This document shows, piece by piece, positions 11,844 to 21,840 of a stretch of 21,903 bases of DNA; position 1 is the stretch's first letter, and every line of letters starts with the position of its first letter. The position numbers and the translations under genes are program-made. Source of the DNA: Alloascoidea hylecoeti (taxonomy: Eukaryota); NCBI GenBank assembly GCA_001600815.1, contig BCKZ01000006.1, positions 1,150,137 through 1,172,039 on the forward strand, written 5' to 3'. The notes below the pieces were generated by a model. That model did no database searches. It was not told where the DNA came from and worked only from the letters and a program-made list of their open reading frames with translations.

Positions 11844-12068
11844 TTATAATAGTGCTTTGATGAGTCTTTTCTTGAAGATGGTGTCGTTGGAGAAGGCGAT
11901 CTTGATTATGTTTGTTTTGATTTGGTCTGGGCCAGCTGCCTTTTTGTTGCTCATTTGTTTTAGGGCGTCTTCAATTTCTTCAATTTCTTCTGTTTTTAAT
12001 TGGGTCCATGTTGATAAAGGGGTTGATGGTATGTTTGGTGAATCGGCGTTGTTAGTGTTGGTAGAGTG
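11844..12068 (-). mobile_element. Non-LTR retrotransposon (LINE) ORF2 fragment, region at the start of the reverse-transcriptase domain
   Basis: A start-less minus frame translates to ...WTQLKTEEIEEIEDALKQMSNKKAAGPDQIKTNIIKIAFSNDTIFKKRL..., matching the LINE RT 'domain 0' pattern EEIxxAlxxmxxxKAPGPDGI. The coding strand is A/C-rich, unlike its flanks. Confidence 0.8.
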
Positions 12069-12950
12069 TTACCATATTATACATTATATTGCATATATGA
12101 GGTTTAACTAAATTATATAAATATTACCTAATGAAGAGAGTTATTCTCTCACCCAAATTCTCAAAACCCAAAACATAAGTATTTAATCGCGCACACTACG
12201 AATATAATTAATTTGGGAGTTCTTCTCCAATCTTTCTGTTTAGTACTTGTGTAGAAGACTATGCCATCTGTCAATGGAAGGATAAAAATCCCAACAGTGC
12301 CAAGACACTGACAAAAGGCGCAAACACTCATAAATAAGCTTACTAATTAGCTTATCTTAATCATAATAAAATTAATATGCATATTCATTCAAAGTATGTA
12401 CTGCCGCAACTTTAAATTTATGATATCATTATTTCTGGATTATGGCGACAATTAGTGAGTTATTATTGACATATAATTGTAATAAGATGTGTTCAGTTAT
12501 AATTCTATTCACAGATAATATATTCTCTAATTTAATTGACTTTATATAATGATACCTAGATATAAATTGAGAAAAATATACTCGATATATGTATGTGTAT
12601 AACTTATATAATCCTCTCTTTATAATTAAATACGCGCAGGCCATGAATATATTATTGGATGTTTATATATATATGAAGATCTAAAATGATTATTTCTCAT
12701 CTCCATTTTTATAATGTTAATTAGATAGTTAAACGTTTGTGATTGTAAATTTGAAACTTATGATACTGTAGCAAAAATGATAAATAGTTTAAAATAACTT
12801 TAAAGCCGTATGGGTTTACTACATCTCCCAGAAAATTTAAGTGCAATCATGCACACTAATATTATGAATATAAACAAGTCAAATATCCTACCGTTTCCTA
12901 TAATATCATCGGTTTGATAATATCAATTCATACTCTACTAGAAGGGCAGG

Positions 12951-13044
12951 GTATATATGTTTATTAACACTCTTCATAGATCTTGTTTTGAGTTGATACC
13001 ATATGTGGAATTTCATACATATGCATACTAACAAGTTATTATAG
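12951..13044 (+). other. Probable intron immediately upstream of the OPT ATG
   Basis: Perfect TACTAAC at 13026-13032 and TAG at 13042-13044, 6 nt before the ATG at 13051. The donor GTATAT at 12951 is imperfect and uncertain. Confidence 0.45.
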
Positions 13045-13050
13045 ATATCG

Positions 13051-15564
13051 ATGTCATCGAAAGGTTCTGCTTCTGACTCCGAAATATTGGAAAAAGATCA
13101 TGATAAGATCACTACTACATCCATTGTGTCATATGAACATATTATATCAGAAAAAGATAAAGGAACCCTTTTATCAAGACTTTTAAATGAAGGTGAGGTA
13201 GTTCATACAGAGGAAATACCACCTCAAGTTAAATTCATGTATGAGAAAATGGAATCATTATCTGAAGAAAGATCATTAGAAATTTTAGATGAAGCATTGA
13301 TTGAATTTGCAGATGATCCTAATTTTGAACCTGACGCTTTTGAAAGAATCCAAGAGTTAGCTAAAGGAAGAGAAAATTATCTAGAACCTGAAAATTATGA
13401 TTTTCAGTTGAGAATGGAAGCTGCAATTATTTATTATTATTCTCCATATCGTGAGGTTCCATCAATGGTTAATCCATACGACGATCCAGATGCTCCATGT
13501 GAGACTATTAGAATGTATGCGATGTGTATATTTTGAACAGCTATTTCGAGTTTTGTTGGCCAATATTTTGCCGCAAGGGAACCATCAGTAACTATTCCAG
13601 GTACGATGGTCACAATCTTAATGTGGATACAAGGAAAATTGTTTGCAAAATGCCTACCAGATTGGAGTGTAACTATTAGGGGAAGAAAATTATCTCTAAA
13701 TCCTGGTCCTTTTGAATTCAAAGAGCTTATGTTTGGCAATCTAATCTATAGAGGAGGTGGCACTTATACAACCAATTACAATTTTTTTGTTGATATAATG
13801 CCAATCTTTAATGATAATCAATAGGCAAAAAGCAGGGGTTATCAATATCTACTTACACTCTCTGCCGAATTAATTGGTATTGGAATTGCTGATTTATTCA
13901 GAAGAGTCTTGGTTTATCCAGTTAGAATGATGTATCCGCTATCAGTTCCAAGTATCGCAACTGTCAAAACATTAACGCAACCCGGTGTAAAACAAACTAT
14001 TAATGGCTGGAAAATTTCAGGAGAGAGATTTTTTTGGTATTCATTTACAGTTGGTTTCGTTTGGTATTGGTTCCCCAATTATATTGCTAATTTTATTATG
14101 TTTTTTAATTGGACAACATGGATTGCACCAAATTGGCAGTTATTACAGGTACAATTTTAGGTTTAGGTATCAGTCTGATACCGACATTAGACTGAACAAA
14201 AGTTTTAGGTGGTAGTGCTTATCCATTTTATACATCATTAAATACATTTGCAGGTTCCACAATTGCAACTTGTATTATTGCACCTGCAATTTATTTCTCA
14301 AATTATTACTGGACTTCTTATATCCATATTTCAATTGGTACAGTACAGGATAATAAAAAGAGAGACTATAATGTTAGTAGAATTTTAACTCATGGAAAAT
14401 TTGATGATGAAAAATATCACAAATATAGCCCACCATATTACTCGGCTTCTGAACTTGTTTCATATGGTTCATACTTTGCCTTATACCCTTTATTATTTCT
14501 TAACGTTATACTCACAAACTGGTCAGTTCTTAAATATTCGATTTCTGATATCTGGGATCATATTAGAAATCCAAAAAAAGGTTTCTATGACGGCATTGAT
14601 GATCCATTAACAAGAATGATGAAGGAGTATAAAGAAGTACCTCATTGGTGGTTTCTGGTTATTTTGGTAATATCATTAGTATTTGGTATCATCGCAGTAG
14701 AGCATTATTTTTTTGCTTTAGGAATCAACTTTGTATTTTTTCCTCTTATTCAAATTTTAGAAGCTGTTACCGGTTATAGTGTTGGATTGAATGTATTGGT
14801 AGAATTAATTGTTGGGTATGCATTACCAGGAAATGGGACAGCTCTCAATATTATTAAATGTTATGGTTATATGGTTGATGGACAGGCAGGTGGTTATGTT
14901 TCAACTTTAAAAATAGGTCACTATTGTCAAATTCCACCAAGAGCACAATTTAGAGGTCTATTAATTATGATTACAGTCCAGATTTTAATTGTTGTGGGTA
15001 TGCTTAATTGGCAAATCACATCGATTCCAGATTTCTGTGTTTTATATAGTAAAGAGCGTTTCTGGTGTACGGGAGCAAGAACATTTTATACAGCATCAAT
15101 ATTTTGGGGTGTTATTGGACCAAAAAGAGTTTTTGGAGGACTTTATCCAGTTCTTCAGTATTGTTTCCTAATAGGAGCTGCTATTTCTTTCGGTAATCTT
15201 GCATTTAGAAAGATTTATCCTAAACTAGGACTATATTTTAGGCCAGAAATTATTGTTTTGGGAATGGTTGGTGGAGGCTGGGGTATTGTTTCATTATACA
15301 ACAATTTTCTATTCATGTTTGTTATTTATCGATTCTATCCAGCTTGGTGGGAGAAGTATAATTATGTTTTAATGGCATCTTTAGGTGGTGGCATGGGGGT
15401 TTCACAATTTATCCAATATTGGGCATTGCAATACCACGCGAAGTCATTCAACTGGTGGGGAAAATAAAGTTTCTTGGGCTGGATTAGATGCCGATGGTAG
15501 ATTTGCAATCAAACCTTTACCTGAAAAGGGATATCTTGGTCTTGATCCAAAAGATTTCCCATGA
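13051..15564 (+). pseudogene. OPT-family oligopeptide transporter (OPT2-like), full-length pseudogene
   Basis: OPT motifs: YSPYREV, DDPDAPCETIR, LNPGPFEFKE, WYWFPNYI, YKEVPHWWF, LNVLVELIVGYALPG, LKIGHYCQIPPR, FWGVIGPKR, WWEKYNYVL, NWWG. Lesions: TGA 13534-13536, TAG 13822-13824, a frameshifting deletion at ~14133, TGA 14193-14195, and a +1 frameshift at ~15461. The original C-terminus (NKVSWAGLD...LPEKGYLGLDPKDFP*) ends at 15564. Confidence 0.93.
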
Positions 15565-17941
15565 GAGTTTCGAAACCAATATTATTCAATGCTAATTTAT
15601 CTGATAGAGCAAAACGGGTAAATATTAAAATTCGATCATTATCAATATAAAGAACCATAAAATTTTAAATACGGTACTGTAGTAAATATCCTTTCATTTA
15701 ACTTGTGAACGTACATCTAAAAAATTAATACTACTAACTTGTACCGTATGGTGTAAGAATAGTAGTTGAATTTAATACACTGAAAGATATTGATTGGAAC
15801 AATATCTGTAAATCTTAACATTAAGGGTTTCAATAGCTTTGTTGTTTTGACTGTGATGATAAGTTTCCTATTTCATGGGTTCAAGATTAGTATTTTCAGA
15901 GTATAAAAAAATAACATCTTTTATAAGGATTGATCCATTAATATAAGTACTTGGAATTATGGGTTTTGCTTTCTAACTAATTAGTTCCGATTAATTCGAA
16001 TTTGATGTCGGTATTCTCAAATCAAGGGAAAATTAGATTACTAAAGAGTTATGCAGATATTTTTGAAACAACAATATTTTCACATATTTCTTCTTTTTAA
16101 CTTTTATCTCCATATTCGCTTATAAGTTCAGAGATGAAGTTTCTTTTACTTGATTAATCCTGAAAAGTTTATAAGTTCATTAAATTTGAAGTTAGATTGA
16201 ATCATCAAAATAATAATAAACGGCGGCATTGAATCATTTGTTTCACTGAGTATGAGGAAACTCAATTGCAAGGAGTTTCTTTGTAAAATTTTAATTCAGT
16301 TTTAATTCATTCCACCATAATCACCAATTGTGATTACTTCGGCATTTTCGAACATTGAACTTTACAGAAGAGAAATATGATCTCCTTTTTTCTTTTCTAG
16401 TTGTAATGTGTTTGATATTTGTAGATCTTTTATGTTTATTCTGCAAATAATATGTGGAGCAAGTTTTAATGTTAATATTTTTCAAACACGATACATTAAT
16501 AGGGTATAGAAAAAGAATCAGCATATAAATAAAAAGTAGCCCAGAACAAAATTATGATTTCTGCAATGTCAACAAATTATGTAGATTCTGCAAGTCATTT
16601 TTAAGATGTTATTTTCTTCGATTTCTAATTGCAAATGACCCCTTTTTGAAGATAAAATAAATTCAAATTCGAATAAGATGGTATATGACTTATGAAACCG
16701 GGCACTGGCTGCACTTTTGGACCAAACACATACTAGCCCACATATGGTATATGACAATAACGGTTGACAAGCCCCAAATTACTTTATAAATAATAAAGTA
16801 ATTATGGGTGTGTCAGTCGTTAGGTAATTACCATATGTGAACATGTTTGGCCTAAGAGGACATTAGATATCATAACTTAAATGTCGGGGTTTTGAATCAA
16901 ATAACTGAGAATATAAGGGGACGTAGGATACTTTCAGGAAGTCGATTGTTGATTGTTTAGGTTTCAGTTTTTATTAACTAAAGGAATATTATCTTTTTAT
17001 TCCCATAAAAGATTTTTGCTAAACATCTACTGGAAGAAAATTCACCAGAAGGATCCAGAAAAGGTGTTCAAGAGACCCAAAGATTGAGCAGCTATATGGT
17101 TATCAAAAAAAGTTAACAGTAGTAACAGTAGCGTTGACAAACAATGTGGCCGGGTAATGTTTAACGATATGGCGAGTCCCAATTTATCGTTGATTTGAAT
17201 TATTGTTTGAAAAATGAACATACCATGTTAAAGTTCAAAGTGCCTGTTCTCCCAGTTGCGCCAAAAAGCCAATCGACCCTTTAGTGAACTGTTCTAAGAG
17301 TGTAATATATATCCAACATGTCAGATATCAAACATACCATGAAAGCGCTTTCTAATAACTGGTGGTAACAATCATTTTTCACAAAATTGAAGGTAGTCAT
17401 ATTAAATCTTGGTCTTCAAGAGCAGATGAAATCCTTTATTTTTGGTGGGAGTCTTTCGATAATTTACCGTAGAAGTGGTCGTGAAGAGACCATTGAAATA
17501 CCAAATTTATTACGACAGTTTCAAGTGCCATCGATTATAATAGTATTTAAACGTATGAGGTTTTTCTTATGGCCTTTCACGTTTATATATTAAGGTCACT
17601 ATACGTGCCATTCAAACTCTGGCGGTGATTTAGTGATTGTTTTAAAAATGGAACTTTTAAATTGCAGCTGTGGTGTCAGTTGTTGCACTAAATATTCGGC
17701 CATTTGCTATATTATCATTCGGTCATGCTGAATTTATGGGCTGTCATAATTCGTACCATAGTAAATTATCATTAGGTAGAGGCTTATATTGATTCTTACT
17801 TATTATAAAAATAAGTTATATATATTGAATAGAAATCCATATATAAAAAAAATATCATATTAATTACATTTAATATTAATATAAACAAAGAGAATCGTTA
17901 ACGTTATTTAATTTAGACAACAGTGTAATCGCCATACATAT

Positions 17942-19900
17942 TCATAAGTTCGACAAATTTGCATTACTATTTGAATGAGACTTCGAAAATATAGTATCCA
18001 AAAATGGTTTTGTAATAACTTTTGCTTGTTCTTCAATAAAAACAATTGTCGATGATCTTTTCAAAGTAGGAATACATAACATTATAACCCATATCATAAT
18101 AATGGAGCACATAATACCAATCCATGCATTACCTATGATATATTTTGTCTCAATATTTTTATAACTACTATTTTTAGGAAGATGATACTTTTGTGTACCA
18201 TTTAAATCAATATCTTTAAAATATAATGGTTTTGTTGCAAATCCATAATGTTCAGTACTAATTTCATCTTCGACAGTTATATTTTTATGTTGATGTAGCC
18301 ATTTATATCTGATATAGAGTGGATTATGAACTGGTATACCATAAAATGTACTTTCACCGTATGTGGCTGTGCAATTTATAAACTCCGCAATAGTTAGGTC
18401 ATTTAGATACAAGAAAGTAGCGTTTAAAGCAAGTATACGTGTATCATAGGTTCCACACCTGAAAAGGTAAAAATCTATCTCGTCCATTTCTCTATTTGTG
18501 TGAGTAAATGAAGTTTGATCAGTAGCGCTGAATACTTTTGGGCGCGAGAGTAAATCTAACCACGGAACTCCATTCACCATGCTATCTTCAAAATCTATAA
18601 CAGTAGTTGTGTTTTCAACGGTAACTTCAAGAAAATGAAGCATTTCTGTTGTCATTATTCCATCTTCTATAGAACCATTTATTAAACCAACAAATGCAGT
18701 TTTTAACCAGTCATCTCCTTGTTCACCAAAATCAAATGATGTCCCGTAATACATATAATAAATTGCCATTTTATAATAATTTCCTTTCGATGGAACATAA
18801 GTATCTAGCTGGAAATATTCCTTATCTACTAATAACTGTCGTAATATACTGTGTTCAAAAGTAATAGGTATAATATCATCCTTTGCTGCTGCTGTTTTGA
18901 ATATGTTTGATAATCTTGAAGTATATGAGCCATTTGGGATTGACATGAATGGTATAGGAACAGAATCAAATGCAACTTCATTAGCTCTAAATATAGTTGA
19001 AAATCCACCTGTATTAATTAATGAATGATTTTTAAAATAGAATGCTGCTTCCTTTAATTGTTGGAGAGGATCAAAAGTAAGATTATAAAGAGATATACTT
19101 TGATTATTGAAAGCTTCTTCGGTTTTAAGTTGTTTTGCCATTTCAGTAGCATATAAACCCATCATAATGTCTTCACTAGCAAGCAATCCATTTACTCTAC
19201 TCGGTCGCCCATTAGTATGTAATTGATGTTCATCATAGAAATGTGCCCAAGCATACATCTGATTTGTGAATTGAGCATTGATAAGTGAATCACCAGTTTC
19301 ATTTACATAAATCCTTGAACTATACTCTTCTGATTCAGGATTTGGCAATATCATCACAGGTTCAGTTCCATAAAGAATGGGAATACTAAGAAATCTAGAC
19401 GTACCCAAACCTAATATGTATAAAATGATTGTAAATATGCTCTGAAATGATCCTAAGGCTGTTGGATATGATATCCACTTATCCCGAACTGTAGTAGACC
19501 TTATTGAAGTTTTAAAATTTTTAACCTGCTCTATATCCAGACTATCAAGCTCTTTTACATACCCACTACTTATAGATGAAATACCCAAAGACATTCGCTC
19601 AATTCTTTGTTCATCCGATTTTTGATCACAACTATTAGATATAGAGTTTTCATTGTTAAGAAGCCCAGATTCAGTGTCTTTAAACTTTCCATCCCTTCCT
19701 CCAAACATCTTCTTAATGGATTGAAGTAGTAGGAGATAGTTAGCATTATTTAGCACCAACCATAGATTTGCAGCTTTGATACGGTTTGATACTCGATCAG
19801 CAGCTATAAGAATTATCTGGCCGGAAGCATGGCCAACAACAAGGGACAAGATTACTAGTGTGATGTGGTCTAAAATCATTTGTTTTTGGATTTTGATCAA
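17942..19900 (-). CDS. Uncharacterised multi-pass membrane glycoprotein (start uncertain; first in-frame ATG near 19879)
   Basis: 652-codon open frame in AT-rich DNA. Hydrophobic segments: HITLVILSLVVGHASGQIILIAA, SIFTIILYILGLGTSRFLSIPIL and YIIGNAWIGIMCSIIMIWVIMLCIP. The large domain between the last two carries many N-X-S/T sequons (NET, NQS, NLT, NHS, NGS, NTT, NAT, NCT, NIT, NGT, NSS). No family recognised. Confidence 0.75.
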   Translation of the reverse strand: MIKIQKQMILDHITLVILSLVVGHASGQIILIAADRVSNRIKAANLWLVLNNANYLLLLQSIKKMFGGRDGKFKDTESGLLNNENSISNSCDQKSDEQRIERMSLGISSISSGYVKELDSLDIEQVKNFKTSIRSTTVRDKWISYPTALGSFQSIFTIILYILGLGTSRFLSIPILYGTEPVMILPNPESEEYSSRIYVNETGDSLINAQFTNQMYAWAHFYDEHQLHTNGRPSRVNGLLASEDIMMGLYATEMAKQLKTEEAFNNQSISLYNLTFDPLQQLKEAAFYFKNHSLINTGGFSTIFRANEVAFDSVPIPFMSIPNGSYTSRLSNIFKTAAAKDDIIPITFEHSILRQLLVDKEYFQLDTYVPSKGNYYKMAIYYMYYGTSFDFGEQGDDWLKTAFVGLINGSIEDGIMTTEMLHFLEVTVENTTTVIDFEDSMVNGVPWLDLLSRPKVFSATDQTSFTHTNREMDEIDFYLFRCGTYDTRILALNATFLYLNDLTIAEFINCTATYGESTFYGIPVHNPLYIRYKWLHQHKNITVEDEISTEHYGFATKPLYFKDIDLNGTQKYHLPKNSSYKNIETKYIIGNAWIGIMCSIIMIWVIMLCIPTLKRSSTIVFIEEQAKVITKPFLDTIFSKSHSNSNANLSNL

Positions 19901-20460
19901 TCGATTGATTAAAATTTGAGGAAAAGGTAACCGGACCGTTTTGAAACTCCAAAATATATATTATGCTGAGATCAAAGTTAATATTAATATTGAGATTCGA
20001 GCAAAACATTATTGTTTTATAGATCCACTGCCACCGATTATCGTAATTGATCTTCAAAAACTGATAAAAAGTGTTATATGAGTGACTGACTTCCTAAATT
20101 GCAATTGCTTATATTCTTATCCGAAATATTTAGATCCTTGCTTTTTTTTAAATTTCTTGGCAATAAGTATGAAGCTTTCACATTCATGGCATAGTAAAAA
20201 ACATATTTATTGCAGTTAGCTGTATCTATATATTTTTCCTATTACACTACATCATCAGTTTAAGCTGAGGAAGGAGATATATTGGATAGAGCAGAAATAA
20301 AGCAAATAAAAATCGATATCTAAATATAGGATCCAATCACAAGCCGTATAATATTTAATATGTGTTTAGTAATAGTAAATTTACGGGATATTATAATATA
20401 ACCCTAAAGCGAACGGATAAGTATTACCCCACCCAGTTCGATTCTACAGTCCCTTCCACC

Positions 20461-20930
20461 TATTAATAGCGCTATTTTCGAAAATAATTAGCGATCTGTG
20501 TGAGAATTAATTAGCGTTATTTCCGCTATTTAATTAGCGTTCGCTTTGGAAATTAATTAAAATAAAATTTGATAATTAATTAGTGATGTTTCAGATAATT
20601 ATTTAGCGTTACCTAGGATAATTTGGTAGTGCTATTTTTGATGATTATTTGGTCAAATTTAGCGTTATTTTTGTAAATTATTTAGCGTTATTTACAAAAA
20701 TTAATTAGCGCTATTCTTTAAAATTATTTAGCGATCTGTGTTAATAATTAATTAGCCATCTATTCGAAAATCAACTAGTGATCCGTACAAAAGATTATTA
20801 GCGAAGTTGATGGTCTTTAATTAGATTTATCTTTAAAATTTAATTGGCGTTATTTGTGAATATTAATTAGTGCTCTGTACGAGAATTAATTAGCGATATG
20901 TGTGAGAAATATTTAGCTATTCTCCGAAAA
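20461..20930 (+). repeat. 23-bp-period degenerate tandem array: conserved core ATTAATTAGCG plus ~12-bp variable spacer, 21 cores
   Basis: TAGCG-like cores start at 20467, 20489, 20512, 20535, 20558, 20581, 20604, 20627, 20650, 20660, 20683, 20706, 20729, 20753, 20776, 20799, 20822, 20845, 20868, 20891 and 20914. 17 of the 20 intervals are exactly 23 bp. Confidence 0.95.
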
Positions 20931-20938
20931 AGGATACC

Positions 20939-21097
20939 CCTCCCTATCCGATTGAGCTATTTTGGGCGGCCTAAAAATCTCGTGTTAAACGTGAGCTGGT
21001 TAATAAAGAGGAGGAATTAATTGAAAAATTCCGTGATGCAGTGAAATGTATACCAAAAGAACATTATAAAAACTTTTGTGAACATTCATCGACATAA
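20939..21097 (+). mobile_element. IS630/Tc1/mariner-superfamily (DDE_3-like) transposase C-terminal fragment, inactivated
   Basis: Translates to PPY-PIELFWAA*KSRVKRELVNKEEELIEKFRDAVKCIPKEHYKNFCEHSST*. This fits the LPPYSP(D/E)LNPIExxWxxxKxxV motif carrying the catalytic Glu, with the SPxLN residues deleted and a TAA at 20972-20974. Confidence 0.8.
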
Positions 21098-21386
21098 ATA
21101 AACCACCCTCAAATATTATATACGAAAACGATATTCAAGTCCCCTATTTATTGCTATATACTACAACGGATCTGTTGGGTTATGGGCTCATCAGTGGCGA
21201 TGTCCTTGAATTGTTTCGGAGGCATAGTCGGTAATAAATTTATATTATAAAGAACGTGTGTTTTCTAAAACTAAATAATGTGGCAACTCGCTAATATATA
21301 AGGGAAATGAAGATCTTCATAAATATCACCCCATATATATGAAACTATGTAATAACAAAAACTATTCTAATTTAATTATATAACTA

Positions 21387-21840
21387 TATATCCAATAAAT
21401 ATTAATAGCTGCATTCAAATATTTAGCCTCCAGTTCCCAATTTAATATAGAGCTATATATAAATCATCTTTTGTTTTTGTTTTTCCTGAGATTCATTTTA
21501 AAACAACTATTCATGTAGTGTGAGNNTTCAATCAACTTCTCCCAACGAACCTTTAGAGTTGTCCCAGAATAAATTATATTTTCCTTTTTATCTAGGCTTC
21601 ATTACACTCATACAAATTATGTTATTTAAATTATCCCTTTCTTCAATTTTTACAAATATCAAATTGTTAATAATTACAAATAACCAGTAGAGATATACTG
21701 ATATAAATAGCTGCATTCGAAAATATGACCTCTCATTAACTACTAACCGAAGAGATTTGCTTACTGATCTTGGGATTTTATTTTCCTTGCTCTTGATTTT
21801 AAAATCAACTATTGCTATAGTTTGAGCATTAACACAACTA
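21387..21840. repeat. Pair of degenerate ~150-bp direct repeats offset by 302 bp
   Basis: AATAGCTGCATTC at 21404 and 21706; CAACTATT at 21504 and 21806, each preceded by TTTTAAAA and followed by TAGTnTGAG. Confidence 0.6.

Noticed and set aside
11839..12111. 90-aa hydrophobic plus-strand ORF (and minus ORF 11528..11788)
   Set aside because: Antisense shadows of the LINE RT fragment and of the coiled-coil remnant.
13534..14195. OPT stops rescued by A-to-I editing or by TGA=Trp recoding
   Set aside because: The gene also has frameshifts and deletions that editing cannot fix, one stop is TAG, and the gene's own terminal codon is TGA.
13437..15171. Small ORFs 13437..13739, 14003..14215, 14392..14610 and 14989..15171
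   Set aside because: Antisense or off-frame readings within the OPT pseudogene.
20401..20446. tRNA-like B-box GTTCGATTC with a weak upstream A-box-like stretch
   Set aside because: No anticodon arm or acceptor stem can be folded, the T-stem does not pair fully, and the spacing is too short for a tRNA.
20461..20930. Repeat-spacer array as a CRISPR locus or telomeric repeat
   Set aside because: The 11-bp core and ~12-bp spacers are far shorter than CRISPR units, the spacers are related to each other, there are no cas genes and the context is eukaryotic. The units are AT-rich and heterogeneous, unlike telomerase-templated repeats.
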